64,000 nucleotides of DNA from an uncultured Desulfobacterales bacterium (GTDB lineage Bacteria; Desulfobacterota; DSM-4660; Desulfatiglandales; HGW-15). The stretch lies in NCBI GenBank assembly GCA_964443135.1, contig CAYUBQ010000005.1, positions 13,692 to 77,691 on the forward strand, read 5' to 3'. This document shows, one piece after another, positions 51,496 to 61,511 of this stretch. Under the pieces are notes generated by a model, which did not search any database, had not been told where the DNA came from, and saw nothing but the letters and a program-made list of their open reading frames with translations. Within the stretch, counting starts at the first letter, position 1. Every line of letters begins with the position of its first letter. Both the position numbers and the translations under genes were made by a program.

Positions 51496-51756
51496 ATGAC
51501 AGACAGCAAACCACTCATTCAAGACATCATGAACGAGGCGTTGAACGATCCCAACCTGACCAACAAGGAACGGATGCAGATCGACGAGATTCAACTCGAC
51601 GCCATGAGCCGTGCCCGGCAGGTCGCCGAGCATCGTGAGGACAGGGGGGAGTACACGCAGACCCTGGCGCGAGAGCTGGAAAAGAGCGCCGGCGAGATTC
51701 AGAGAATCCGCGGTATGGCGGCCAATCGGGAGTCCAGAAGGATGGAAAGCTACTAG
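51496..51756 (+). CDS. Hypothetical 86-aa hydrophilic helical protein
   Basis: Strong RBS AAAAAAGGAGGAGG. Its G+C is visibly lower than the neighbouring genes. There is no recognisable motif. Confidence 0.5.
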   Translation: MTDSKPLIQDIMNEALNDPNLTNKERMQIDEIQLDAMSRARQVAEHREDRGEYTQTLARELEKSAGEIQRIRGMAANRESRRMESY

Positions 51757-51874
51757 CGGGCGAAAGGTCCGACCGCCGGAGCGGGAGAAGACCTGTCTCC
51801 GGCAAGAGAAGCACACCATGCAGCCCCTTTCCGTGGTTCGACCCGGAACGGGGCCGCGCCGTTTTCGGGCCGGA

Positions 51875-53209
51875 TCAGGACGTGCCGCCCGGGTTGTTCC
51901 CCGGACCGCGGCCTCCATTCTCCAGGAGGGCGCGTACCGGCTCCAGCCCGTAAGGCGATCCCTGCTCAATGGCCTTGAGAACGGTCCCGCCGCCGGTGAA
52001 AAAGTAGCAGGAGGGGTCGTCCAGGGCCGACATGTAGAACCCGGGGTTCAGGTTCTTGAGCTCCTGGAGGGTGTCCCCGCCGCCGAAGAGCTTGAGCGCG
52101 TCCCGGTTCTTCGCGATCTCCCGGTTGAGACGCTCGGTCCCCGCCGTGAAGTGGGGCGTGAAGCCCATCACGGCGTTGACGAAAATGGTTCCGGCCGAGT
52201 CGAGGATGCGACCCACCCCGGGATCCTCGAAGGAGTCGGGGGCTGCGTCCAGAAATCGGGCATACCGTTCCCCCGGGCTGAAATCCCGGACCCACCGGGT
52301 GCGATGCCGGCCTTCCTCCCGGGAATCGGGCAGGTCGGACTCCTCGAGGGCGGGAAGCTCGACGACCTTCTGGGTGTCCCGGTCCATGGCCACCAGCTCT
52401 TGCGCCGCACGCACGTCTTCCTCGCCCACCCCTTGCACCCGAATGTCGTACTTGGCGCACAGGTATGCGTTGTAGATGACGCCGCCCAGGATCAGGTGAT
52501 CGACACGCTCGTGAATTCGTCGGAGGGGGCCGATCTTGGTGTCGTACTTGGCCCCGGCGACCACGGCCAGAAAGGGCCTGCGGGGATTGAGGACCCGCTC
52601 GAGGTTGAGAAGCTCCTTCTGCATGAGCAGCCCGGCGCAGGAAGGCAGGTGCCGGGTCACGTCGAAGGTGGAGGCGTGGGCCTGCCAGGAACCGAAGGCG
52701 TCGTTTACGTAGACGTCCGCCAGGCCGCCCAGCTGCGACGCCAAATGTTCCCTGGGGGCGCCCTTTTCCTCTTCCCCCTGAAAGCATCGGGTGTTGGGCA
52801 GGTAGATGCCGGGGATGCGGCGCTCCCGGAGTCGACGCAACTCCTCCTCGATGGAGGGGTCGATCTCGCGGATGCCCAGATCCCCTTCGGCCTCGAGCAT
52901 GGGCACCGCGAACCGTACGTCCAGCTTGCGTTCCAGGTACTGGACGATGGGCCTGACGGAGCTTCTGCCGTCCTCGGTGATCCTTCCGGTCTTCTTGTCC
53001 CTGGGGCGCCCCACGTGAGACATCAGGACGGGCCGCCCCCCCTGCTCCGCGATCCGGTAGAGCGTGGGCAGGGTGGCGTCGATCCGGAAGGGATCCTCGA
53101 TCCTCCCCTTCTTGACCACGTTGTGGTCCACCCGGACCAGCACCACCCTGTTCTCGAGGTCTGCGTCCTGAATCAGGGGCAGACGGGGATCCAGCCCGCT
53201 TCGGTCCAT
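51875..53209 (-). CDS. pgk: Phosphoglycerate kinase family protein, divergent (444 aa)
   Basis: ATG 53209 (AAGGAG upstream). Motifs: RVDHNVV, RIDATLPTL, SHVGRP, AVVAGAKYDTKI and FGGGDT. The canonical DAFGTAHRAHAS motif reads DAFGSWQAHAS here, and an insertion lies near aa 300-350. Confidence 0.75.
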   Translation of the reverse strand: MDRSGLDPRLPLIQDADLENRVVLVRVDHNVVKKGRIEDPFRIDATLPTLYRIAEQGGRPVLMSHVGRPRDKKTGRITEDGRSSVRPIVQYLERKLDVRFAVPMLEAEGDLGIREIDPSIEEELRRLRERRIPGIYLPNTRCFQGEEEKGAPREHLASQLGGLADVYVNDAFGSWQAHASTFDVTRHLPSCAGLLMQKELLNLERVLNPRRPFLAVVAGAKYDTKIGPLRRIHERVDHLILGGVIYNAYLCAKYDIRVQGVGEEDVRAAQELVAMDRDTQKVVELPALEESDLPDSREEGRHRTRWVRDFSPGERYARFLDAAPDSFEDPGVGRILDSAGTIFVNAVMGFTPHFTAGTERLNREIAKNRDALKLFGGGDTLQELKNLNPGFYMSALDDPSCYFFTGGGTVLKAIEQGSPYGLEPVRALLENGGRGPGNNPGGTS

Positions 53210-53466
53210 GGCGTCTTCTCCTTCCCTCAAAACAGGATGCCTCGCACGATCCGGCCCTCCAGACGCGGCCACTCGCCACTTTACCAGAACAGGCCGGCCG
53301 CATCAAACCTCCGGATCTCTCGGTTCGGTCCCTCCTTGTCATGGCGGGGCCGGGTGGGTTATGGTACCTGATCCGCGAGCGGGCGGGCCGGGACTTCCCG
53401 CCCGCACGAAAACCCCTCCGGTCGCCACCGGCCGCGCGATCCGGACGAGCAAAGGAGCCGAATGTC

Positions 53467-54567
53467 ATGACAGGGGATGTATACGAACGCCTGGCGGAGC
53501 ATTTGTCCGCCTTGGGCATGGGATACCCGGTCACGGACGACCTGCTGGAGATCCTTCGAGACAACTTCAGCCCCGAAGAGGCCCGGGTGGCCCTGGCGGT
53601 GCCCACCCGGGTCGCCCCGCTCCAGACCGTCCCGGCCGGCGACATCCTTCCCCGGGTGGATTTGCCGGGAGAGGAGACGGTCGAAATCCTGGAGCGTCTG
53701 GCGGAGCGGGGTCTCCTGTTCAGCGAAGAGGGCCCTTCGGGGGAGCGGGGATACGCCCTTCAGCAGGTGGGCTTCGGGTTCCCCCAGCTCTACTTCTGGA
53801 GGGGGGAGGAAACGGACACGGCCCGGCACATGGCGGGACTGGTGGCCAAGTACTTCAATCGCAGGGTGACCCGGGAGGCCTATGCCAGCGAGACCCAGCC
53901 CTATCGTTACGTACCGTCATCGGGGTCCCTCGCTCCGGAGCTCCAGGCCGTGCTTCCCCATCACGCCATGGAGGCCGTCCTGGACAACGCACGCGAGTAT
54001 GCCGTCTGTCACTGCGCCTGCAGGATGACGGCCCTCCTGCGGGGACGTCCCTGCGGGCATCCCACGGAGGTGTGCATCAAGTTCGACGAGATGGCCCGAT
54101 ACGTCATCGACCGCGGACTCGGGCGGGAGATCAGTCGGGAGGAGGCCGGGGATCTGGTGGCCGGGGCGGCGGAGGAAGGCCTGGTTCACTTCGTGGACAA
54201 CGCCGCCGGGGATATCAAGCACAACTGCAACTGCTGCGGGTGCGCCTGCTGGAACGTGGGGACCATCCGGAGGAGGAAGATCCCCAGGGACGCCATCATG
54301 GCCACCTACTTCCTCCGGGAGACCGAGGAAGATGCCTGTACGGGCTGCGGGGCGTGCGCCGAGATCTGTCCCGTGGAGGCCGTGGCCATGGAGGAGGGGT
54401 GCCCCGTGGTGGATCTGGACTGGTGCATCGGATGCGGCGTGTGCGTTCCCGGATGCCCCGAGGGGGCGGCGGGGCTGCGGATCCGGGAGGATCGGCCCGC
54501 CGGCCTTCCTGCGGAACGGTTCGAGGAGCTCCACCAGATGATCCTGCGGGAGAAGGGCCTGCTCTGA
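53467..54567 (+). CDS. Cys-rich 4Fe-4S dicluster protein with helical N-terminal domain
   Basis: ATG 53467 (AAAGGAG upstream). Motifs: CHCACRM, HNCNCCGCACWN, CTGCGACAEICP and CIGCGVCVPGCP. Confidence 0.7.
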   Translation: MTGDVYERLAEHLSALGMGYPVTDDLLEILRDNFSPEEARVALAVPTRVAPLQTVPAGDILPRVDLPGEETVEILERLAERGLLFSEEGPSGERGYALQQVGFGFPQLYFWRGEETDTARHMAGLVAKYFNRRVTREAYASETQPYRYVPSSGSLAPELQAVLPHHAMEAVLDNAREYAVCHCACRMTALLRGRPCGHPTEVCIKFDEMARYVIDRGLGREISREEAGDLVAGAAEEGLVHFVDNAAGDIKHNCNCCGCACWNVGTIRRRKIPRDAIMATYFLRETEEDACTGCGACAEICPVEAVAMEEGCPVVDLDWCIGCGVCVPGCPEGAAGLRIREDRPAGLPAERFEELHQMILREKGLL

Positions 54568-54582
54568 TCGGGGGGAAAGAAG

Positions 54583-55356
54583 GTGTTGAGGTTCGTCACC
54601 TTCAACCTGAGGTTCGAGAACGAACGCGACGGCGAGAACGCCTGGTCGGAGAGGCGGGAGATGATCGTCCGTCTGGTCGAGCGCTACGCGCCCTCCGTCC
54701 TGGGCTCCCAGGAGGGACGGTGGGTCCAGCTGCGCTACCTGGAGGAGCACCTCCCCGATTATGCCATGCAGGCGCCGACCTGCGTGACCGACGACACCTC
54801 CCAGTATCCCACCCTGTTCGTTCGGCGGGAGGCGTTCGACGTGGTGGGGCGCGAATCCTTCTGGCTTTCCCTGACGCCGAGGGTGCATTTGAGTAAGGAC
54901 TGGGACAGCGCGTTCCCGCGAATGATGAGCGCCGCCCGGGTGAGGGCCCGTTCCGGCGGTACCCTGTTCTGGAGCGTCGTGACCCACCTGGATCACGCGG
55001 GGGACGAGGCCCGATACCGCCAGGCCGGGATGCTCGCGGACTGGATCGCCTCGAGAAGAGAGCCGGTCGTGCTCATGGGAGATTTCAACGACGCACCGGG
55101 ATCCAGGACCCACGCCGTGCTCACCGCGGAGCGCACCGGCCTGATCGACACCTGGGAGGCCATGACCCGAGGGGAGGGAGGGGAGGAAGCATTCACCCAC
55201 CACGGTTTCGAAGGCGTTCCCCAAAAGGCCAGGATGGACTGGATCCTGGCAAGCCGCAGCTTCGAGGTCCAAGACGTTCGGATTCTACGGGATCAGGAGG
55301 GGGGCCGCTACCCGTCCGATCACTTCCCCTGCCTGGCCGACTTGACCCTCCGCTGA
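54583..55356 (+). CDS. Endonuclease/exonuclease/phosphatase (EEP) family protein
   Basis: GTG start. Motifs: FVTFNLRF, GSQEG, VVLMGDFND and YPSDHFP. Confidence 0.85.
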   Translation: MLRFVTFNLRFENERDGENAWSERREMIVRLVERYAPSVLGSQEGRWVQLRYLEEHLPDYAMQAPTCVTDDTSQYPTLFVRREAFDVVGRESFWLSLTPRVHLSKDWDSAFPRMMSAARVRARSGGTLFWSVVTHLDHAGDEARYRQAGMLADWIASRREPVVLMGDFNDAPGSRTHAVLTAERTGLIDTWEAMTRGEGGEEAFTHHGFEGVPQKARMDWILASRSFEVQDVRILRDQEGGRYPSDHFPCLADLTLR

Positions 55357-55404
55357 GCCTCTCCCGGGGCGATGCCAATGGAGAGACCGGCCGCCCGGTT
55401 CGCG

Positions 55405-56291
55405 CTACCGGTCGAGCTCCCGGCGCACGGCACGGCCCAGCTTTTCGATCGTGTAGGGCTTTTTCAGATAGGTCTCCGCGCCGAGCCTCCGGGCCTCCCG
55501 AACGCGGTCGGTCTCGGCGTAGCCGCTCGCAATGATCGCCCTCTGACCGGGGCGGACGTCGAGAATGCGGACGTAGGTCTCGAGGCCGTCCATGCCCGGA
55601 TCCATGACCATGACCAGTACCACGAGATCGGCGGTGTTCTCCGCCAGGTAGGCCACGGCCGCCTCTCCGCTCTCCATGGATACGGCCCGGTACCCGAGAC
55701 GGTTCAGGATGCCCGCGGCAATGGTCCGCTGCTCGGCGATGTCGTCCACCCCCAGAACCGTCTCACCCCTGCCCGGTTGCGGGTCGCCTTCGGGCCTAGG
55801 GGATGCGGAGGGACGGGCGTCCTCTCTCACGGTCGGAAGATAGAGCGTGAAGGTCGTTCCCGGGTCCGGTCCGCTGGAGACCTCCACGAACCCGCCGTGG
55901 TCCTTCACGATGCCCCAGACCACAGGGAGACCCAGTCCCGTGCCGCACGCTTCAGGGCCTTTTTTGTGTAGAACGGCTCGAAGATCCGCTCCAAGTCCTC
56001 GGGTCCCAGGCTCCGCCCCTCGTCGGAGACCTGGAGAACGGGGTAGGATCCGGCTTTCACCCGCTCGTATCCTTCGAGGTCCAGATCCAGTGTGCAGTTC
56101 AGGGTCGAGGTCCGGAGGGTCCCGCCCTCGGGCATAGCCAGGAACCCGTTGAGAATCAGGCTGCGGAGCGCCCTCACGAGATGCTCCGGCGAGGCCGGTG
56201 TGAGGGCCGGGTCTTGCTCGAGGACCAGCGCAACACGGACGCCGGGGTGACGGGCGGCCAGCTCCTTGTGATCGGCGCTGTCCAGGGTCAT
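55405..56291 (-). pseudogene. Frameshifted histidine-kinase (HATPase) / receiver gene remnant
   Basis: Track ORFs 55905..56291 (HATPase: SLILNGFLAMPEGG, VSDEGRSL, FEPFYTKK) and 55405..55923 (GTGLGLPVVWGIVKDHGG, then REC VLGVDD...VMDPGMDG...KKP) are one gene broken in an A6 run (plus-strand T6 at 55960-55965). The upstream HisKA region (to about 56650) looks degenerate and is again out of frame. Confidence 0.6.
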
Positions 56292-56894
56292 GCGATGCCC
56301 AGGACGGTTCGAGCCAGCCGATTCTCGTCCGGGATGGATGAAGCGGAGTGTCCGATCTCCTGGATCAGGAGCGCGTTGCTCGCCCGGGTCTCCATTTCGT
56401 TCAGCTCCCCGCGGGCGACCTTGCCCTGGGACCGGGGAGTTCGGGCCAGCTCTCGCTTTTCCACACGCTCCGCCTGCAGGGTTGTCAGCGCGCGAAGATG
56501 AAGAAGTTCCGGAGGTACAACAGAGACTTCAGGAAAGGGCGTTGCTCGCCTCTCGACGCCACTGGGAACGGCGGAAAAGGTCCCGCTGGAGAGCGATCGG
56601 GGAGCGGGGGATTGTGATGACGCAGCAGTATCACAAAACGGGCTCGGCAAGTCAAGCCGTCCTCCGCCTTTACTCCTGCCGGGTCGTGGTTATAGTATCG
56701 AGGTATCCCAGACTGGATTGCGTCGTAGAACGCCCGAGTCTTGATGAAGTCGTAGAAAGCCAAAACCTCGAGATCTGCCCTGGGAATATCAAGAGGTGAT
56801 CGCGTTTCCAGCAGGGCTGGGCGGTCTTTTCGAGGCCGTCGATACGAAACCTGGTGAGGTCGGCTGGTCGAGAGGCCGGCGCGGGGAGCGTCGC

Positions 56895-57344
56895 ATGTAC
56901 ACGGTAAAGGTCAGGTTGGCGAGGGACATCGAGGGGCTCTACGAGAGGATGAACCGGATGATGGACGAGGTGTTGAACCTGAACCGTCCCGTGCTGTCCC
57001 AGTCCGGTGTCGGTTGGATTCCGGAGGCCGATGTCATCGAGACGGAGGATTATCTGGATGTCCGGCTGAATCTTGCCGGAGTCTCCAAGGAGGATGTCGA
57101 GGTGGCGTTCGACGAAACCTACCTGCGTGTCGAGGGGAGACGGGCGCTCGATGCCCCCGCGGGATCGTGTACCCGCTACCACCGGCTGGAGATGGGCTCG
57201 GGCCGTTTCGAGCGGATCTTTCGCGTACCCGTTCACATCGATCCGGATCACATCGAGGCGACGCTGGTCGATGGAATTCTGACGGTTCGGATGTCCAAAC
57301 CGGGCCGGGCGTCGAAGAGCCGCATCGTAACGGTCACGGATTGA
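56895..57344 (+). CDS. Hsp20/alpha-crystallin small heat-shock protein
   Basis: ATG 56895. Motifs: [42 protein letters not shown] and [10 protein letters not shown]. Confidence 0.9.
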   Translation: MYTVKVRLARDIEGLYERMNRMMDEVLNLNRPVLSQSGVGWIPEADVIETEDYLDVRLNLAGVSKEDVEVAFDETYLRVEGRRALDAPAGSCTRYHRLEMGSGRFERIFRVPVHIDPDHIEATLVDGILTVRMSKPGRASKSRIVTVTD

Positions 57345-57364
57345 TGTGCAGGGAGTGTGAGGCA

Positions 57365-59704
57365 ATGAAAATCAAGGAAAACGGGCTGCCGGACGTCCTT
57401 CCGGTTCTTCCGGTACAGGAGTCGGTTCTCTTTCCGCGAATGATCGTTCCGCTGATGATCCGCGACGAGACCTCTGTTCAGCTGGTGGACGAGGCCCTCC
57501 AGACCGACAAGCTGATCGCGGTTTCGCTGATCCAGGAAGCCGAGGACATCGAGCAGGGCGGGGAGAGCGTCTGCGACGTTGGGACTGCCGGTCAGATCGT
57601 CAAGCTGAACAAGGGAGAGGAAGGCACCATGGTGGCGGTCCAGGGGCTCGCCAGGATCGGCATCGGGGAGGCCGTCGCCACCGAGCCGTACCTCAAGGCC
57701 AGGGTGTGGGAGCTTCAGGAGGAGGTGCAGAAGGAGCAGGAGCTGGATGCCATGACGGCGAACGCCCAGGGCCTGTTCAAGCTCATCGTGGACCTGTCCC
57801 CCTATCTTCCACAGGAGCTCGCCCAGGCGGCCAGAAACGTGAAGGAGCCGGGCCCCCTCGCCGACCTGATCGTATCCACCCTCAACCTGGACCGGTACAA
57901 GAAGCAGGAGATCCTGGAAGCCCTCGACGTCAAGGAGCGGATGTCCCTGCTGACCGTGTATCTGAACGAGGAGCTGGAGCTCCAGAAGATGGGGCAGAAG
58001 ATCCAGGACAAGGTCAAGGAGGGGATGGAGAAGAACCAGCACGAGTACTTTCTGCGCGAGCAGCTCAAGGCCATCCAGGACGAGCTCGGCATGGAGGAGG
58101 AAGAGCCCTCGGAGATCGCCGAGCTGCGGGAGCGGATCGACGAGAAGCCGCTCCCCGAGGAGGTGCGTGACGCGGCGGAGAAGGAGCTGGAGCGCCTTTC
58201 CAGAATGCACGCGTTTTCCTCGGAGTACACCGTTTCCAGGACCTACCTGGACTGGATCCTGGACCTGCCCTGGGAGGAGGGGACCGAGGACACCCTCGAT
58301 CTCGAAAAAGCCGGAGAGGTCCTGGAGAAGCATCACTACAACCTCGAGAAGGTCAAGCGCCGGGTCCTGGAGTATCTGGCGGTCCGCAAGCTCAATCCCG
58401 AGCACAAGGGATCCATTCTCTGTCTGGCGGGCCCGCCCGGTACCGGCAAGACGAGCCTGGGCCGGTCCATTGCAGAGGCCATGGGGCGCCATTTCGTACG
58501 CATGTCCCTGGGAGGCGTCCGGGACGAGGCGGAGATTCGAGGGCACCGGCGCACTTACGTGGGCTCCCTCCCGGGCCGCATCATCCAGGGAATCAAGCGG
58601 GCGGGCTCCAACAATCCGGTCTTCATGCTCGACGAGATCGACAAGGTGGGAGCGGACTTTCGGGGGGACCCCTCCTCGGCCCTCCTCGAGGTGCTGGACC
58701 CGGAGCAGAACGTGGCGTTTTCGGATCACTACCTGGAGCTCGATTTCGACCTCTCCAGGGTGATGTTCATCACCACGGCCAACCAGTTGGATCCCGTCCC
58801 GCCGCCCCTGCGGGATCGCATGGAGGTGCTGGAGCTGTCCGGCTACACGGAGGACGAGAAGGTGCGCATCGCCGAGCGGTTCCTGATTCCCCGACAGATC
58901 AAGGCCCACGGCCTCAAAAGGAGGCAGCTTGCTTTCCGGAGGCCCGCCCTTCGCAAGATCATCCGCGAGTACACGCGGGAGGCCGGGCTTCGCAACCTGG
59001 AGCGGGAGATCGGATCGGTTTGCCGGGGCGTTGCGCGCAAGGTCGCGGAAGGTCACGACAGGAAGTACGTCATTACACCGGACGACCTGAAGGAGTACCT
59101 GGGAAATCCCCGGTACACCCGGGACGTGGTGGAGCGAACCTCCATCCCGGGGGTGGTGACGGGCCTGGCCTGGACCCCCACGGGCGGGGACATCCTGTTC
59201 ATCGAGGCGACCAAGATGCCGGGCAAGACCCACCTCGTGCTCACCGGCCAGCTCGGAGAGGTGATGAAGGAGTCGGCCCAGGCGGCGCTGAGCTACCTCC
59301 GGGCGAACGCACGGGACCTCGGTCTGCCGGAGGACTTTTACAAGGACGTCGATCTGCACATTCACGTCCCGGCCGGGGCCATCCCCAAGGACGGCCCGTC
59401 CGCCGGCGTGACCATGCTCACCGCGCTGGCTTCACTCCTCACCGGGAAGGCCGTCCGCTCCAAGACCGCCATGACCGGCGAGATCACGCTCCGCGGTTCG
59501 GTCCTCCCCGTGGGAGGAATCAAGGAGAAGGTTCTTGCCGCCAGCCGAAGCGGCATTCGTCACGTGATCCTGCCCAAGGAAAACCGGAACGACTTGGAGG
59601 ACCTGCCGGAAAAGGTCAAGAAGCAGATTTCATTCCACGAGGTGAGCCGCATGGGGGAGGTTCTGAACCTGGCCCTGGACGGGAAAGGCAAAGGGGAACG
59701 GTAG
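57365..59704 (+). CDS. lon: ATP-dependent Lon protease
   Basis: ATG 57365. It has an LON N-domain ([19 protein letters not shown]), Walker [18 protein letters not shown] and catalytic [11 protein letters not shown]. Confidence 0.95.
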   Translation: MKIKENGLPDVLPVLPVQESVLFPRMIVPLMIRDETSVQLVDEALQTDKLIAVSLIQEAEDIEQGGESVCDVGTAGQIVKLNKGEEGTMVAVQGLARIGIGEAVATEPYLKARVWELQEEVQKEQELDAMTANAQGLFKLIVDLSPYLPQELAQAARNVKEPGPLADLIVSTLNLDRYKKQEILEALDVKERMSLLTVYLNEELELQKMGQKIQDKVKEGMEKNQHEYFLREQLKAIQDELGMEEEEPSEIAELRERIDEKPLPEEVRDAAEKELERLSRMHAFSSEYTVSRTYLDWILDLPWEEGTEDTLDLEKAGEVLEKHHYNLEKVKRRVLEYLAVRKLNPEHKGSILCLAGPPGTGKTSLGRSIAEAMGRHFVRMSLGGVRDEAEIRGHRRTYVGSLPGRIIQGIKRAGSNNPVFMLDEIDKVGADFRGDPSSALLEVLDPEQNVAFSDHYLELDFDLSRVMFITTANQLDPVPPPLRDRMEVLELSGYTEDEKVRIAERFLIPRQIKAHGLKRRQLAFRRPALRKIIREYTREAGLRNLEREIGSVCRGVARKVAEGHDRKYVITPDDLKEYLGNPRYTRDVVERTSIPGVVTGLAWTPTGGDILFIEATKMPGKTHLVLTGQLGEVMKESAQAALSYLRANARDLGLPEDFYKDVDLHIHVPAGAIPKDGPSAGVTMLTALASLLTGKAVRSKTAMTGEITLRGSVLPVGGIKEKVLAASRSGIRHVILPKENRNDLEDLPEKVKKQISFHEVSRMGEVLNLALDGKGKGER

Positions 59705-59729
59705 ATCCGAAGACGAAGGAGAGGCGCCC

Positions 59730-60146
59730 ATGAAAAGCTACAGAAAGGAACTCTGGTTTCACGTGCCCACGAGGCGGGCGTTGATCAACATCACCCCGCA
59801 GGTGGAGGACTGTCTGGAGGAGAGCGGCATTCGCGAGGGCCTGCTCCTCTGCAACGCCATGCACATCACCGCCTCGGTGTTCATCAACGATGACGAGGCC
59901 GGGCTGCACCAGGACTACGAAGAGTGGCTGGAGCGGCTGGCGCCGCACGAACCTGTCGCTTCCTACAGGCACAACGTGGGCGAGGACAACGCCGATGCGC
60001 ACATGAAACGCCAGATCATGGGCCGTGAGGTGGTGGTGGCCGTCACGGACGGCCGGCTGGACTTCGGTACGTGGGAACGGATCTTCTACGGCGAGTTCGA
60101 CGGGAGAAGAAAAAAGCGGGTCCTGGTGAAGATCATCGGGGAGTGA
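59730..60146 (+). CDS. yjbQ: YjbQ/UPF0047 family (secondary thiamine-phosphate synthase) protein
   Basis: Motifs: [31 protein letters not shown] and [13 protein letters not shown]. Confidence 0.9.
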   Translation: MKSYRKELWFHVPTRRALINITPQVEDCLEESGIREGLLLCNAMHITASVFINDDEAGLHQDYEEWLERLAPHEPVASYRHNVGEDNADAHMKRQIMGREVVVAVTDGRLDFGTWERIFYGEFDGRRKKRVLVKIIGE

Positions 60147-60149
60147 GCG

Positions 60150-61265
60150 TCACGGACTCAGCTCGAGGTTCTGACCCACCCGGATCAAGGAGCCCCGAAT
60201 GCCGTTGATCTCCCGGATGGTGTGGACGGGCACCCCGCAGCGGCGCGAAATGCCGATGAGCGTGTCCCCGCGCTGCACCACGTAGCGGTCCCCGGTGATC
60301 GCACCTCCGGTGCTGACCGCGTAGGTCCTGCTCAAGGTCTCCAGCACCCGGGTCAGCCTGGCCCCGTATCTTTCGGGGACGCGGACGGCGTAGCGGCCGG
60401 AGGGCATGTTGTATCCGAGGATGTGTGGATTGAGCTCCTTGATCGTTTTGAAGTCCGTGCCCAGCGCCACGGCCACGTCCACAATGGGCACGGGGGCCGG
60501 CAAATGCACCTCGACGCGGTCGCTGCGGACCGGACGGTACACCCGGTCATCCGGGATTCGATAGCCGTACCGTAGGGGGTTCTCGAGAACCAGCTTGATG
60601 GCGGCGATGCGGAAGATGTACCGTTCGGTCTCGAGAGGCAGGTTCAACTGGTAGAAGTCGACCGCCCGCTGCCGTTTCATCTCCTTTTTCAGCCGGGTAT
60701 CGCCGCAGTTGTAAGCGGCCATGGCCAGGGACCATTTCCCGAACATCCCGTACAAGTGCTCGAGGTAACGAAGGGCCGCGGAGGTGGACCGCTCGAAGTC
60801 GCGGCGCTCGTCGAGGCTTCGGTCCTTGCGAAGCCCGTTGTGACGAGCCGTGCGCGGCATGAACTGCCATGGGCCCATCGCTCCCTTGTGGGAGCGGATG
60901 TGGGTGATGAGCGAGCTTTCCGCCACGGCCAGGTACTTCAAGTCATCGGGCATGCCTTCTGCAGCCAGCCGCTTCTCGATGTGAGGAAAGTAACGCCCCG
61001 CCCGTTTCAGCCACATGAACACCTGGGCCCGGTCCCAGGCCGAGATGGTGAGCTCCCGGTCGAGCATCTCCCGCACGTGACGCCGGTCCAGAGGAACCGG
61101 TTCGCCGCACAGAGAAAGGACGTCGGGAAACGGCACCTCCTCGTAGACGGTCGCGGCCGGACGCTGATCAGCGGACGCGGGAGTCGGCGGAAAGAGGAGG
61201 AGCCCGACCATCAGGACAGGCAGGCTCATCGACCCGGGCAAGAGACGCAAAACGCTTGGTATCAT
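60150..61265 (-). CDS. Lytic transglycosylase (SLT domain) with C-terminal LysM, MltD-like
   Basis: Start at ATG 61265, with a signal-like MIPSVLRLLPGSMSLPVLMVGLLLF. SLT motifs: LAVAESSL, GAMGPWQFMPRTA and AAYNCG. LysM: YVVQRGDTLIGISRRCGVPVHTIREIN. Confidence 0.85.
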   Translation of the reverse strand: MIPSVLRLLPGSMSLPVLMVGLLLFPPTPASADQRPAATVYEEVPFPDVLSLCGEPVPLDRRHVREMLDRELTISAWDRAQVFMWLKRAGRYFPHIEKRLAAEGMPDDLKYLAVAESSLITHIRSHKGAMGPWQFMPRTARHNGLRKDRSLDERRDFERSTSAALRYLEHLYGMFGKWSLAMAAYNCGDTRLKKEMKRQRAVDFYQLNLPLETERYIFRIAAIKLVLENPLRYGYRIPDDRVYRPVRSDRVEVHLPAPVPIVDVAVALGTDFKTIKELNPHILGYNMPSGRYAVRVPERYGARLTRVLETLSRTYAVSTGGAITGDRYVVQRGDTLIGISRRCGVPVHTIREINGIRGSLIRVGQNLELSP

Positions 61266-61356
61266 AAAACAACAGCTCCTGTTGGGATCGTTTTCGGCGG
61301 ATTGGCGCCCTGGCTTTCCTCGGCCCCGCCCGGATCGAGGGTGACCCATCCTCCCG

Positions 61357-61385
61357 ATCCTAAGTGAAACCGGGGCCGGCTTCAA
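61357..61385 (-). promoter_or_regulatory. Sigma-70 promoter candidate (TTGAAG-17-TAGGAT)
   Basis: Minus strand: TTGAAG (61385-61380), 17-nt spacer, TAGGAT (61362-61357). It lies about 90 nt upstream of ATG 61265. Confidence 0.3.
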
Positions 61386-61511
61386 GATCAATTCCCCCTT
61401 CTCGAGCCGCGGCGGGTCCGTTCGTACGGGAATCCCGGTCGGGTGGGTTTCGCGGTCCGTGCGCGGACCCGCCATGGATCAGAACCCGTCCGGAGTCACA
61501 CGAGACGGATC

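Noticed and set aside
57248-59365. 705-aa minus-strand ORF opposite lon
   Set aside because: Shadow ORF. The plus-strand frame is an unambiguous Lon protease.
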